Assembly (NCBI RefSeq): GCF_020885515.1
Contig: NZ_AP024987.1
Span: 960,001 to 992,000, forward strand
Direction: 5' to 3'
From: a cyanobacterium endosymbiont of Braarudosphaera bigelowii
GTDB lineage: Bacteria; Cyanobacteriota; Cyanobacteriia; Cyanobacteriales; Microcystaceae
Length of the DNA: 32,000 nt
Both the position numbers and the translations under genes were made by a program. The notes under the pieces were generated by a model that ran no database searches, had not been told where the DNA came from, and saw only the letters and a program-made list of their open reading frames with translations. Shown piece after piece: positions 10,050 to 20,030 of this stretch. The first letter of the stretch is position 1, and each line of letters begins with the position of its first letter.

Positions 10050-11006
10050 ATGCATTCTAATCCAAACCAGACTGAGATGTCAGTTATCATTCCTTGTTAT
10101 AATGAAGAGCAGGGTTTAGAGCACCTTTTCACAAGAGTTTTAGAAGTTTTAGATCGTCTTAATTTATCCTACGAAGTTATTTGTGTAGATGACGGTAGTC
10201 AGGATCAAACTTTAAAATATTTGATTAATTATCATTATCTTAATCCTCAAATTAAAGTTATTAGTTTATCTCGTAATTTTGGCAAAGATATTGCTTTAAC
10301 TGCAGGATTAGAAAATGCTCGAGGACAGGTTATTATTCCTATTGATGCAGATTTGCAAGACCCTCCTGAACTTATTGAAAAATTACTTCAAAAGTGGTAT
10401 GAAGGTTATGACGTCGTTTATGGTAAACGACGATCTAGACAAGGTGAAAGTTTTATAAAAAGATTTACAGCTAACGCATTTTATAGAGTTATTAGTAAGA
10501 TTGGTAGCGTTTCTATTCCCCAAGATACAGGAGACTTTCGCTTATTAGACAGAAAAGTAGTAGATGCTTTAAAAGCTATGCCAGAACGTACTCGCTTCAT
10601 GAAAGGACTTTTTGCTTGGGTAGGTTTCAAGCAAACTTATATCGTATATGATCGTCCTAGTCGGTTCCAAGGAACTAGTAAATGGAATTATTGGCAGTTA
10701 TGGAATTTTGCCCTGGACGGCATTACTTCCTTTAGTTTAATTCCCTTAAAAGTTTGGAGTTATCTAGGAGTTTTTGTCTCATTCTTATCTTTCATATATG
10801 GTAGCTTTTTAATTATTAGAACATTAGCTTTAGGGATTGATGTACCAGGGTATGCTTCTTTAATGGTCACAACTCTTTTTATAGGAGGTCTACAGTTAAT
10901 TACATTAGGTATTTTAGGAGAATATTTAGGTCGTATTTATGAAGAAACAAAACAGCGTCCCCTATATTTAATTAAAGAGCGTCATGGATTTCGTATAGAT
11001 TCTTAA
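10050..11006 (+). CDS. Family 2 glycosyltransferase with C-terminal membrane helices (GtrB/DPM1-like)
   Basis: MSVIIPCYNEEQGLEHLF, VICVDDGSQDQT, VISLSRNFGKDIALTAGLENARG, IPIDADLQDPPELI, FRLLDRKVVDAL, and two C-terminal TM segments ending GEYLGRIYEETKQRPLYLI. Confidence 0.93.
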   Translation: MHSNPNQTEMSVIIPCYNEEQGLEHLFTRVLEVLDRLNLSYEVICVDDGSQDQTLKYLINYHYLNPQIKVISLSRNFGKDIALTAGLENARGQVIIPIDADLQDPPELIEKLLQKWYEGYDVVYGKRRSRQGESFIKRFTANAFYRVISKIGSVSIPQDTGDFRLLDRKVVDALKAMPERTRFMKGLFAWVGFKQTYIVYDRPSRFQGTSKWNYWQLWNFALDGITSFSLIPLKVWSYLGVFVSFLSFIYGSFLIIRTLALGIDVPGYASLMVTTLFIGGLQLITLGILGEYLGRIYEETKQRPLYLIKERHGFRIDS

Positions 11007-11010
11007 AATC

Positions 11011-11748
11011 TTACCAATTTTTTTCAGACCAAACAGGATGTAAAAAAATAGAATTTGCAACTCTTACACCTCTTAATTGGTTAAGAAGAGGAAGGTGACC
11101 AATCGGTGCATTTAAATTCCAAGTAAATTCTTTTGGATACTGTGTCCAATGATTATCTTTTTTCCAGCCAATTTTTCGCCATAATGTATTAAAGTCTTTT
11201 CCAACAGACAACCAAAGTTTTCTCTGTACAGAGAAACCAAATTTTCCACCAGAATACAACCACCATAAAGTATTTATTGTATGAAGATCAATAACAGGAA
11301 AATTTGCAACCTCTGTAAAATAAACCCATTTACGTTCTAAAGCTCCTTCACCAGCTAATTCCCATAAAATATGACGAGTCAAAGTATCTGCTTCTTGAAA
11401 ATTTTCCTCAAGTAATGATTTACTAAGTAATTTATAATCAATATTAGCCTGAGAATCAAGAGATACTAATCCATTAGGGAAATAGTTTTTAATAAATAAC
11501 TCCGTTTCAGGCGTTTTAGCTTTATACAGTTCTCGATAGATTTCTCCTTGTATAAGATCAAGACTGTTTACATCTGATAACTTTAAAAAGTCTATTAAAA
11601 TTTCCCATCCAGAATTTCCCATACTAGTTAACTGGGGGATTAATTTAAACTGCTCTTTCGAGGTTCCATTTATAAACTGATGTGCTAATTTTGAACTTGA
11701 AAAGTTATTATCTAAATTGTTAATTGTAGAGATATTTTCGTTGGTCAT
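11011..11748 (-). CDS. gun4: GUN4 domain protein, Mg-chelatase regulator
   Basis: C-terminal GUN4 core: LLEENFQEADTLTRHILWELAGEGALERKWVYFTEVANFPVIDLHTINTLWWLYSGGKFGFSVQRKLWLSVGKDFNTLWRKIGWK. Confidence 0.9.
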   Translation of the reverse strand: MTNENISTINNLDNNFSSSKLAHQFINGTSKEQFKLIPQLTSMGNSGWEILIDFLKLSDVNSLDLIQGEIYRELYKAKTPETELFIKNYFPNGLVSLDSQANIDYKLLSKSLLEENFQEADTLTRHILWELAGEGALERKWVYFTEVANFPVIDLHTINTLWWLYSGGKFGFSVQRKLWLSVGKDFNTLWRKIGWKKDNHWTQYPKEFTWNLNAPIGHLPLLNQLRGVRVANSIFLHPVWSEKNW

Positions 11749-11867
11749 AAAATTATCGATTAGAATTAATTATAATTTTTAAAAGATCTAATAAACGCTT
11801 TAAAATAAAGTTTTAATTACTAGATTAATAGTTATTTTATGCGCTAATTGCATGATGGTATTATAAC

Positions 11868-11897
11868 TTAGAAGATCTTATCAATATGATCTTCTAA
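11868..11897 (-). repeat. Hairpin TTAGAAGATC...GATCTTCTAA between gun4 and ylqF
   Basis: 10-bp perfect arms, read directly. Confidence 0.5.
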
Positions 11898-11976
11898 AGA
11901 GAACAAAACTTTAATTTGATAAGTTTATTTCATTCACTTAAAAGAATAAGCGACTATAGGTTCCTATAATGTATTG

Positions 11977-12006
11977 TTAGAAGTTTTATTAAATAAAAAC
12001 TTCTAA
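11977..12006 (-). terminator. Hairpin TTAGAAGTTTT...AAAACTTCTAA downstream of ylqF
   Basis: 11-bp perfect arms, 27 nt beyond the ylqF stop. Function inferred. Confidence 0.5.
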
Positions 12007-12033
12007 ATTTAAAGATAAAAAAATTAATAATAA

Positions 12034-12870
12034 TTAACTGTTAGGTAGTTCTAAAGGAACACAGCCCATCATACCTTTTCGAAAGTCATTCAACAGTTGT
12101 ATAGTGGCTCTTTCCTTGTCACCCCTATACAAATTATTTCCTAATTTTTCAATATACTCTTCTCCAGTAATATTTAAAGGGTCAATCTTATAGCGAAGCT
12201 TTAAAATGTTTTCAAAATTTAATTCTAATAAAAAGTCGATTAGTGCAGCTGCAACTTGTTGATTATCATAAGCAGCTTCTCCAATATCTTCACAAATTGC
12301 AAGCTTAACAGCATCTTTTTGATTTTCTAATTTCACTGGAATAACTCCTGGAGCATCTAAAAGTTCAATAGTTTTAGAAATGCGTATCCATCGAAGCTGA
12401 CGAGTGACACCTGCACGTCTAGCACTGATGACTACTTTACGTCCCAACAGGCGATTAATTAACGCTGATTTACCTACATTCGGAAAACCAATTACTACTG
12501 CTCTAATTGGTCTAGGTTTCATGCCACGATGAGCCCTCTTGATGTTGACTAAATTCCCGGCTTCTTGAGCTAATTGATTTAAAAATTTGATTCCTTTCCC
12601 TTGCTTAGCATTGGTAAAATGAGCTGTCTCTCCTTTTTCTTTAAACCAACTTAGCCACTTTTTATATAACGTTTCTGGTATCATATCCATTCGGTTAAGT
12701 ACAATAATTTTAGGTTTACCTTCAATCCACCGATCAATATTAGGATGATGTGAAGCAATTGGAATTCTTGCATCTAGGACTTCAAAGATAACGTCAATAT
12801 TTTTTATTTGTTCTTTAAGTTGTCGCTCTGCTTTAGATATATGACCTGGATACCATTGAATTATTGACAT
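12034..12870 (-). CDS. ylqF: Ribosome biogenesis GTPase YlqF/RbgA
   Basis: IQWYPGHISKAERQLKEQIKNIDVIFEVLDARIPIASHHP, VLNRMDM, GFPNVGKSALINRLLG and DAPGVI show the circularly permuted GTPase motif order. Confidence 0.93.
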   Translation of the reverse strand: MSIIQWYPGHISKAERQLKEQIKNIDVIFEVLDARIPIASHHPNIDRWIEGKPKIIVLNRMDMIPETLYKKWLSWFKEKGETAHFTNAKQGKGIKFLNQLAQEAGNLVNIKRAHRGMKPRPIRAVVIGFPNVGKSALINRLLGRKVVISARRAGVTRQLRWIRISKTIELLDAPGVIPVKLENQKDAVKLAICEDIGEAAYDNQQVAAALIDFLLELNFENILKLRYKIDPLNITGEEYIEKLGNNLYRGDKERATIQLLNDFRKGMMGCVPLELPNS

Positions 12871-12921
12871 GATTAAATAGTTGTTAAAATAATTGCCTAA
12901 GGATTATTAGAATAGACTGTA

Positions 12922-14874
12922 ATGAAATTACCGAATCAAAGATGGGATATTGCTTCACCTAACCCTAAAAAAATTGAATTACTAGCTAAGGAGATGCAAG
13001 TCTCTAACTTAATTATTAAGATAATTTTAAATCGGGGAGTAGATACATCAGATCTAGCTCGTATTTATTTAAATCCTAATGAAGAGATTTTACCTCCTCC
13101 TTTAGCAGAATTTCCAGATCTGTATAAAAGTATTAACCTTTTAATAATAGCGATTGAGAAAAAGCATAAAATTGCAATTTGTGGAGATTATGACGCTGAT
13201 GGTATGACTAGTACTTCTTTATTATTAAGGGCCTTGAAATATTTTGGGGGAGATGTTTATTATAAAATTCCTAACAGAATTAAAGATGGTTATGGTATTA
13301 ATAAACAAATTGTAGAAGATTTTTCCAAAAATGGTGTCAAATTAATATTAACGGTGGATAATGGCATCACAGCCTATGAGCCGATCAAAAGGGCTGCAGA
13401 ATTAGGATTAAATGTTATTATCACAGATCATCATGATATACCTAAAAGGTTACCACCTGCAGATGCAATTCTAAATCCTAAATTATTACCTAATGAATCA
13501 CCTTATAGTGGATTGGCTGGGGTAGGAGTTGCGTATGTTTTAGCTTTAACGCTTTCTCAAACTTTAAATAAGACAGAAGGTATCATAGCTTCTTTATTAG
13601 AACTTTTTACATTAGGTACCATTGCAGATTTAGCTCCTTTAACTGGGGTTAATCGTCGATGGCTTAAGCAAGGATTGAAACAATTACCTAATTCTCAACT
13701 ACCAGGTATTCAGGCTCTGATAAAAGTTTCAGGGATTAGTGATGAACAAAAGCAATTAAAATCGGATGATATTGGATTTAAATTAGGACCCAGAATTAAC
13801 GCAGTAGGGCGCATTGGTGAACCAAAAACTGCTATTGAATTGTTGACAACTGACAATCTAGAAGTTGCACTAGAAAAGGCACTGGAATGTGAAGAAATTA
13901 ATAAGATAAGAAAATCTTTATGTGAAAGAATTGAAAAAGAGGCTATAGATTTGATAGAAAATATTCCTCTAGATTATCAAGAGAAAAGAGTCTTAATAGT
14001 AATTCAACACAAATGGCACCATGGAGTAATTGGAATTGTAGCTTCTCGATTAGTTGAACGTTATGGAGTACCAGTTTTTATCGGAACTTATGAAGAAGAC
14101 GATATAAACAAAATTCGTGGATCAGCTAGAGGAATTCCGGAATTCGATGTTTTTCATGCTTTACAATATTGCGATGATTTATTAGATAAATTTGGAGGAC
14201 ATAAAGCTGCAGGTGGATTTAATTTAAAACAAAAAAACTTGAGCTTTTTTGAAAAAAAATTGAGTGAGTTTGCTCATCAATATCTTCAGTTACATCATAT
14301 TAAGCCTTTAATTAAAATTGATAGTGCGATTAACTTTAAAGATATAGATAATAACTTATATGAAACGCTCGATTCTCTTCAACCTTGGGGTATTGGAAAT
14401 GCTATTCCTATATTTTGGACACCCAATATAATAATATTGAAACAAAAAGTTATAGGAGATAATCATCTCAAAATATTGTTAGCTCAAAATGATGGTCAAC
14501 AAATTGAGGCTGTAGCTTGGCGTTTTGGATCGTATTATCCTTTACCAAAACAATTAGACATAGCCTACAAATTATCTAAAAATTTTTGGAATGGTAAAAA
14601 CAATATTCAGTTAGAAATTGTAGGAATACGTATTCCTTCATCTATGAATAAGGAATTTCAAAGTACATTTGAGTTCAATGGTAAGCAATATATTTGTTCT
14701 ATAAAAGGCAACAAATTAAAGATTAAAAATTTGCAAGGAAAAACTTTATCCATTGATAAAGGCAAAAGAGAGGGATTGCTAGAAAATGGTTATGAAAAAA
14801 TTAAAACAATTGATGTCACACATCAGCCATACTACACCATAGTTAAAATGGCTCTACACTCTTTAAATCTATAA
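12922..14874 (+). CDS. recJ: Single-stranded-DNA-specific exonuclease RecJ
   Basis: AICGDYDADGMTSTSLLLRAL, LTVDNGITAYEPI, IITDHHDIP, AILNPK, GLAGVGVAYVLA, GRIGEPKTA and FGGHKAAGGF are DHH-phosphoesterase/DHHA1 motifs. Confidence 0.96.
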   Translation: MKLPNQRWDIASPNPKKIELLAKEMQVSNLIIKIILNRGVDTSDLARIYLNPNEEILPPPLAEFPDLYKSINLLIIAIEKKHKIAICGDYDADGMTSTSLLLRALKYFGGDVYYKIPNRIKDGYGINKQIVEDFSKNGVKLILTVDNGITAYEPIKRAAELGLNVIITDHHDIPKRLPPADAILNPKLLPNESPYSGLAGVGVAYVLALTLSQTLNKTEGIIASLLELFTLGTIADLAPLTGVNRRWLKQGLKQLPNSQLPGIQALIKVSGISDEQKQLKSDDIGFKLGPRINAVGRIGEPKTAIELLTTDNLEVALEKALECEEINKIRKSLCERIEKEAIDLIENIPLDYQEKRVLIVIQHKWHHGVIGIVASRLVERYGVPVFIGTYEEDDINKIRGSARGIPEFDVFHALQYCDDLLDKFGGHKAAGGFNLKQKNLSFFEKKLSEFAHQYLQLHHIKPLIKIDSAINFKDIDNNLYETLDSLQPWGIGNAIPIFWTPNIIILKQKVIGDNHLKILLAQNDGQQIEAVAWRFGSYYPLPKQLDIAYKLSKNFWNGKNNIQLEIVGIRIPSSMNKEFQSTFEFNGKQYICSIKGNKLKIKNLQGKTLSIDKGKREGLLENGYEKIKTIDVTHQPYYTIVKMALHSLNL

Positions 14875-14955
14875 TTCAACTATTTCTAGTATGAGATTTA
14901 TAATGAATATTCTTACAAAATATATTAGTATTCTTATTTACTCAAGTTTACTAAA

Positions 14956-14995
14956 GTGAGAGAGTGAAGGAGTTATCACTCCACCATCTCATTTA
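14956..14995. terminator. Possible bidirectional terminator between convergent recJ and ctaB
   Basis: Imperfect GC-richer inverted repeat (tgagag...ggagt-TATC-actcc...atctca) in an otherwise AT-rich 124-nt convergent gap. Confidence 0.4.
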
Positions 14996-14998
14996 GCC

Positions 14999-15967
14999 TT
15001 AAAACCATATGTAATTTGCAAAAGTACTAAGATTACTTCCTAACATTGTTATTATTTTATGGGTTATGGGAAGACTATCAAACACCATAGCTGTACATAG
15101 CAACATTAAATATAAAATAGAAAATTTAAATAATGATCGTGCCAAACTTTTATCTAAAGGATTTTGTTTTAACAGCCAGGTTTTTTGAGCAAATATAGCC
15201 CCTAGAATAACTGCAGATATACCATATAACAAGCCTAAAGTTTTAGTTGGATATACTAATAAAAAAGTACATGGTATTACTAATAAAGTATATAACCAAA
15301 TTTGATGTACTGTTGATTCTTCTCCCTCTACTACCGGCATCATAGGAACATCGACTTGAGCATAATCATCTTTAAGCATAAGTGCTAGCGCCCAAAAATG
15401 AGGAGGCGTCCACAAAAAAATTATAGTAAATAATATCCAAGGTGCCCAACTCAAATCTCCTGTAACTGCTGCCCAACCTACAAGAGGAGGGATAGAACCT
15501 GCTGCACCACCGATAACAATATTTTGTGAACTATTACGTTTAAGAAAATGAGTATAAACTAGCATGTAAAATACTATGCCAGACATAGCTAATAATCCAC
15601 TAAGAAGATTAATATAGGCAACGAAAAGACTAAAAGATAAAAATCCTAATATAAAAGCAAAAACTAAAGCATGGCGAGATCTAACACGACCTGATGGAAT
15701 AGGACGAGTTCTAGTTCTCAGCATTTCATAATCGATATCTCGATCATAGATGCAATTCATTACTTGAGCTGAGGCAGCTGCAAGGGTTCCTCCAAATAAA
15801 GTTATAAATAATTTAAAAGAATTAACTTCACCATTAGAAGCAATCCACATTGATGCAGCAGTGGTAATAAGTAACAAAGGAATAATCCTAGGTTTAGTTA
15901 ACTGATAATAACTTTTGATAACTTGTAAAAAGTTTTCGTTACGGTAAACAACGTCAGTCCCAATCAT
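14999..15967 (-). CDS. ctaB: Protoheme IX farnesyltransferase
   Basis: LTKPRIIPLLLITTAASMWIA, NCIYDRDIDYEMLRTRTRPIPSGRV and WTPPHFWALALMLKDDYAQVDVPMMPVVEGE are UbiA-family CtaB/CyoE hallmarks. Confidence 0.95.
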   Translation of the reverse strand: MIGTDVVYRNENFLQVIKSYYQLTKPRIIPLLLITTAASMWIASNGEVNSFKLFITLFGGTLAAASAQVMNCIYDRDIDYEMLRTRTRPIPSGRVRSRHALVFAFILGFLSFSLFVAYINLLSGLLAMSGIVFYMLVYTHFLKRNSSQNIVIGGAAGSIPPLVGWAAVTGDLSWAPWILFTIIFLWTPPHFWALALMLKDDYAQVDVPMMPVVEGEESTVHQIWLYTLLVIPCTFLLVYPTKTLGLLYGISAVILGAIFAQKTWLLKQNPLDKSLARSLFKFSILYLMLLCTAMVFDSLPITHKIITMLGSNLSTFANYIWF

Positions 15968-16019
15968 GAATTCACACCATATTCTATTAATTTATAATTT
16001 ATGAGTTATCGAGAGAAAA

Positions 16020-16934
16020 TTAGGTTTCTCTCGGAACACTACGCATTGCTAAAGTTGTTAGAGCTACTAAAGTCCCAAATAACATAACGCCGACAGTATG
16101 GTGAGCTATGGTTAAAGGTTCCACCTGTAAATGTAAATAGAATGTCGCAGTTCCTAGGAGAATTTGACACATCACTATTCCTCCAGCAAGCCAAACAAGT
16201 TTTTTTAAAGAAGGGTGAAGATTTGAAGTTCGCCAAGCCATAAGAACTAAGCTAATTACTCCGAGGGTTGTCGGTATAACACCAATAATGTGACTATTCA
16301 TAACAGTGCATAACTGAGATTCTTCAAAGCATTGATGTAAAGCCCAACGAGAACCTACTAATCCTCCCAATAGGCATTGAACATATACTAAACAAGTTAC
16401 TAATAAACCAACCCAACGTAGATTACTATTATCCTGAGCTTCTAAAGGAGGACTTAATGATAACGCTATGATTACTAATACTCCAAAAAAAAGTAAAGCA
16501 GTACCTAGATGTGCAGTAACAATATCGAATCGTAACATTCTAGTAACAGTAAGTCCTCCTAGAACTCCTTGAAATAAGATCAGAGCAAGTGCTAGTAATG
16601 CAGACCACGGTAGCCATCTAGGTAGCTGCTCGCGAAACCAACAAGATATCATCAACAAGATTATAGTGCTTATTCCAATCAAAGAAGCATCAAGACGGTG
16701 AAACCATTCCAAAAAAACTTGTAAGTTCATTTGTCTAGTAGGAATTAGCTGACCATAACACAGCGGCCAATCTGGACAAGCTAAACCTGCATTCATAACT
16801 CTTGTTGCACTTCCTACTGCCATTAATAGAAGAGTGGCAATGGCAATTTTCCATATAAAAAACTTCGTCCATTTTCGGACTTTTAGGCTATTATCTTGAG
16901 TGTCTATTTCTTCTATTAGAACAGTTCTTGTCAT
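16020..16934 (-). CDS. ctaA: Heme A synthase (COX15/CtaA family)
   Basis: GSATRVMNAGLACPDWPLCYGQLIP, EWFHRLDASLIG, QGVLGGLTV, HLGTALLFF and LTIAHHTVGVM. Located directly upstream of ctaB on the same strand. Confidence 0.94.
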   Translation of the reverse strand: MTRTVLIEEIDTQDNSLKVRKWTKFFIWKIAIATLLLMAVGSATRVMNAGLACPDWPLCYGQLIPTRQMNLQVFLEWFHRLDASLIGISTIILLMISCWFREQLPRWLPWSALLALALILFQGVLGGLTVTRMLRFDIVTAHLGTALLFFGVLVIIALSLSPPLEAQDNSNLRWVGLLVTCLVYVQCLLGGLVGSRWALHQCFEESQLCTVMNSHIIGVIPTTLGVISLVLMAWRTSNLHPSLKKLVWLAGGIVMCQILLGTATFYLHLQVEPLTIAHHTVGVMLFGTLVALTTLAMRSVPRET

Positions 16935-17429
16935 AACATTTTATTTATCTAATCAAACAAATCTTGTGATTTATAAAGTATAAACTCCACCACACAAAAT
17001 TTTTGTTATACAGCCAAACTAGTTCAAATCTTACTGAAGAGTTTATGATTTATGCATTTATTTTCAAAAAACTTTGCTAATCCTTTAGATTCAGTTAATG
17101 ATTACTTTACATTACTTAATAATAAAAACAAAGTTATTAACGGTTTAGTTATTTTTAAACTTTTAAAAAAATATTCAAAATAAGTTTAACTTCATTCAGA
17201 ATTAGCACTTGTAATAGATTTACGAATACTAATTTAAATAAAATACATTTTATTAAGTATTTTTAGAAGATGATATTATATGTTTAACTAGATTTTAAAA
17301 ATTAAACCAATAATAAGTAATGCTTACCAATAGTTAATCCTAAGTTTTATAACATTTTTGATAACTGAAATTTACATTTTTTCTTATTTATGTAGATTTT
17401 TCGATAAATAATTTATAAGAAAGGATAAT

Positions 17430-19187
17430 CTACATTCTTTCTAATACATCAATTCCCAATAAAGAAAGACCTAAATTAAGAGTCCTAGCTGTCAGATTAC
17501 ATAGTATTAATCGAGAAATTTTAACAGAATCTACTGATTTTAATACTGGACAATTTTCATAAAAACGGTTGAATCTTTTGCTTAATTCATATAAGTATTC
17601 ACAAAGACGGTTAGGAAGAAGCGTATTCTCAACTATTTCAATTACTTCATTTAGTTGTAATAAATACTTAGCTAAATCTATTTCTGTTTCGTCCTGCAAA
17701 ATAATTTTATTACTTTTTTCTAAGATAGCATAATCTATATCTTCTTCTCTTAAAATACTTTTAATCCTAGCATAGGCGTAAAGCATATAAGGGGCAGTAT
17801 TACCCTGCAATGAAAGCATCTTGTCATAACTAAATACATAATCACTATTTCGATTTTGGCTAAGATCAGCATATTTCACAGCACCAATACCTACTACATT
17901 AGCTACATTGTCGATAAATTCTTGAGACTCCTGTCGACTTTCTGTCTGTAACCGATGTTCTAAGTTTTCACGGGCATAATATACCGCTTTATCCAATAAG
18001 TCTCTAAGCTTAATAGTTTCGCCTGAACGAGTTTTTAATTTTTTTCCATCTTCTCCTTTAACGAGACCGAAAGGAACATGTAACACATTAGTCTCTTCTG
18101 ATAAAAAACTAGCTTTTTTAGCAACCTGAAAAACTTGTGCAAAATGATTAGATTGTCCTGCATCAGTTATATAAATAATACGTTTAGCTTTATCTATATC
18201 AATTCTATATTTCAAAGCAGCTAAGTCTGTAGTAGCATAATTGTAACCATCGTCAGATTTTTGAACAATTAAGGGAAGAGGATTACCATATTTATTCGTA
18301 AATCCTTCTAGGAAAACACATTTAGCTCCATCATTGACTTCTAAAATTTTTTGTCTATCTAAATTATTAATAGTTTCTTCTAAGAATGGATTATAAAAAG
18401 ATTCTCCTCTTTCAATCAGTCGAACTTTTAACATATCATAAATAAATTGAAACTCTTGGCGAGACTGTTCACATAATAATTTCCATGCCCTACGATGCTC
18501 TTTATCACCTAACTGTAATTTAACTACTGCTTCTCTAGATATTTTTTGAAATTGAGAATCTTCATCAAAACGTTTTTTTGCTTGTTTATAGAAATTGACT
18601 AAATCTTTAATTTGCAGGGCATTCGCTTCACATAAGGCATCAGGAAATACTTCTTTTAGATAAGAAATAAGCATTCCAAACTGCGTTCCCCAATCTCCCA
18701 CATGATTTAATCTCAAAACATCATGACCTATGAATTCTAGAGTACGGGCAAGAGAATCACCGATAATAGTAGATCTAAGATGACCAACATGCATCTCCTT
18801 AGCTATATTTGGACTAGAAAAATCAACAATTATTTTTAAGGAATTGTTAGTTTTCACAATTCCTAGTCTTTCATCTTCATATAATAATTTAAGTTGATTC
18901 TCCAAATAACCTTTATTAATTCTTAAATTAATAAAGCCAGGACCACCTATAGAAGGAATATCATATACTTGGCTTTTAGGTAAATTTTCAATAATTATTT
19001 GAGCGATCTCTTTTGGTTTTTTTTTTAATTTTTTAGATAATGAAAGAGCAATATTTACTTGGTAATCTGCATATCTAGAATCTTTAGCTACTGATACTTG
19101 AGGATCAGTAGTTTTCAATTCTTCACCAAATGATGTAACCAGTGCATAGCTAAAATCTTGAATTATTTTTTTATTAAGAGGAATCAT
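17430..19187 (-). CDS. argS: Arginyl-tRNA synthetase
   Basis: [28 protein letters not shown] (HIGH-type signature), [38 protein letters not shown], and a C-terminal DALR domain ending in VLERM. Confidence 0.96.
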   Translation of the reverse strand: MIPLNKKIIQDFSYALVTSFGEELKTTDPQVSVAKDSRYADYQVNIALSLSKKLKKKPKEIAQIIIENLPKSQVYDIPSIGGPGFINLRINKGYLENQLKLLYEDERLGIVKTNNSLKIIVDFSSPNIAKEMHVGHLRSTIIGDSLARTLEFIGHDVLRLNHVGDWGTQFGMLISYLKEVFPDALCEANALQIKDLVNFYKQAKKRFDEDSQFQKISREAVVKLQLGDKEHRRAWKLLCEQSRQEFQFIYDMLKVRLIERGESFYNPFLEETINNLDRQKILEVNDGAKCVFLEGFTNKYGNPLPLIVQKSDDGYNYATTDLAALKYRIDIDKAKRIIYITDAGQSNHFAQVFQVAKKASFLSEETNVLHVPFGLVKGEDGKKLKTRSGETIKLRDLLDKAVYYARENLEHRLQTESRQESQEFIDNVANVVGIGAVKYADLSQNRNSDYVFSYDKMLSLQGNTAPYMLYAYARIKSILREEDIDYAILEKSNKIILQDETEIDLAKYLLQLNEVIEIVENTLLPNRLCEYLYELSKRFNRFYENCPVLKSVDSVKISRLILCNLTARTLNLGLSLLGIDVLERM

Positions 19188-19323
19188 TTAAATTATTAAT
19201 GTTCTAAAAAGGCTAGCATTTTTAGGTTATCATAACAAAGACTATAGATATTCTAGATCATGATAAAAGTTGAATAAATCCAATATTTTATTTATAAAAA
19301 ATAAATAGATTAGGTAAAAAAAT

Positions 19324-19354
19324 AGATTATTACTTTGATTTTAAATAATAATCT
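19324..19354 (-). terminator. Intrinsic terminator downstream of bioD
   Basis: 9-bp perfect stem AGATTATTA/TAATAATCT, 4 nt beyond the bioD stop. On the minus strand it is followed by ATTTTTTTACC. Confidence 0.7.
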
Positions 19355-19358
19355 GATT

Positions 19359-20030
19359 TTAATAGAATAGAAATTCTAAATCAATTTCAGAAGCAGCATT
19401 GAGTAATTCTTTAGTATCTTCTGTATCTTTTATATAAGGCAATATCCCTAAAACTGGAATATGTGTTAGAGATTGAACAAGATTAACTGGTACTAGATTA
19501 GAAATTTTTTCTTGAGCAAGAGGACATATACAATTTAATATTATTCCTTTCACATTCACTTTATTCTTCACTGCCAATGCAATATTAGCTACTACTTGGT
19601 TAAGCGCACCTGATTCTACTGACACTATTAAAATAGTGGGTAGATACCATATTCCAACAATATCAGATATTAATAGTTCTTTCGTAATAGGAGAACCTAA
19701 ACTATTTGCTCCTTCGACTAAGACGAAATCTAATTCTTTCTGTAAAGAACTTAATTTTTCCCATAATTCACCCAAAAGATTAGAGCATAAATCATTCAAA
19801 CTCATAAGAGTTTCAAAATCAGGTAGTTGACAATTAACAATTTTTGTATTACTTGATGAATTAGAAAGAAAACTCTCTAGTAGTTTGTTTTCATGTTTTT
19901 CTTTCTGTATTAGTTCTATAATACCTAAAGATTTTTCAGAAAAATAGGTCTGCCTATAAATAGCTAAAATTTTTGTTAGTAGAGTTTTTCCAGAATTTGG
20001 GACTGTTCCTGTAATAAATAAGGTTTGCAT
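19359..20030 (-). CDS. bioD: Dethiobiotin synthetase-like ATPase (BioD family)
   Basis: MQTLFITGTVPNSGKTLLTKIL is a divergent P-loop; DFVLVEGANSLGSPI, GALNQVVANIALAVKNKVNVKGIILNCI and IPVLGILPYI match the BioD pattern. Confidence 0.78.
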   Translation of the reverse strand: MQTLFITGTVPNSGKTLLTKILAIYRQTYFSEKSLGIIELIQKEKHENKLLESFLSNSSSNTKIVNCQLPDFETLMSLNDLCSNLLGELWEKLSSLQKELDFVLVEGANSLGSPITKELLISDIVGIWYLPTILIVSVESGALNQVVANIALAVKNKVNVKGIILNCICPLAQEKISNLVPVNLVQSLTHIPVLGILPYIKDTEDTKELLNAASEIDLEFLFY

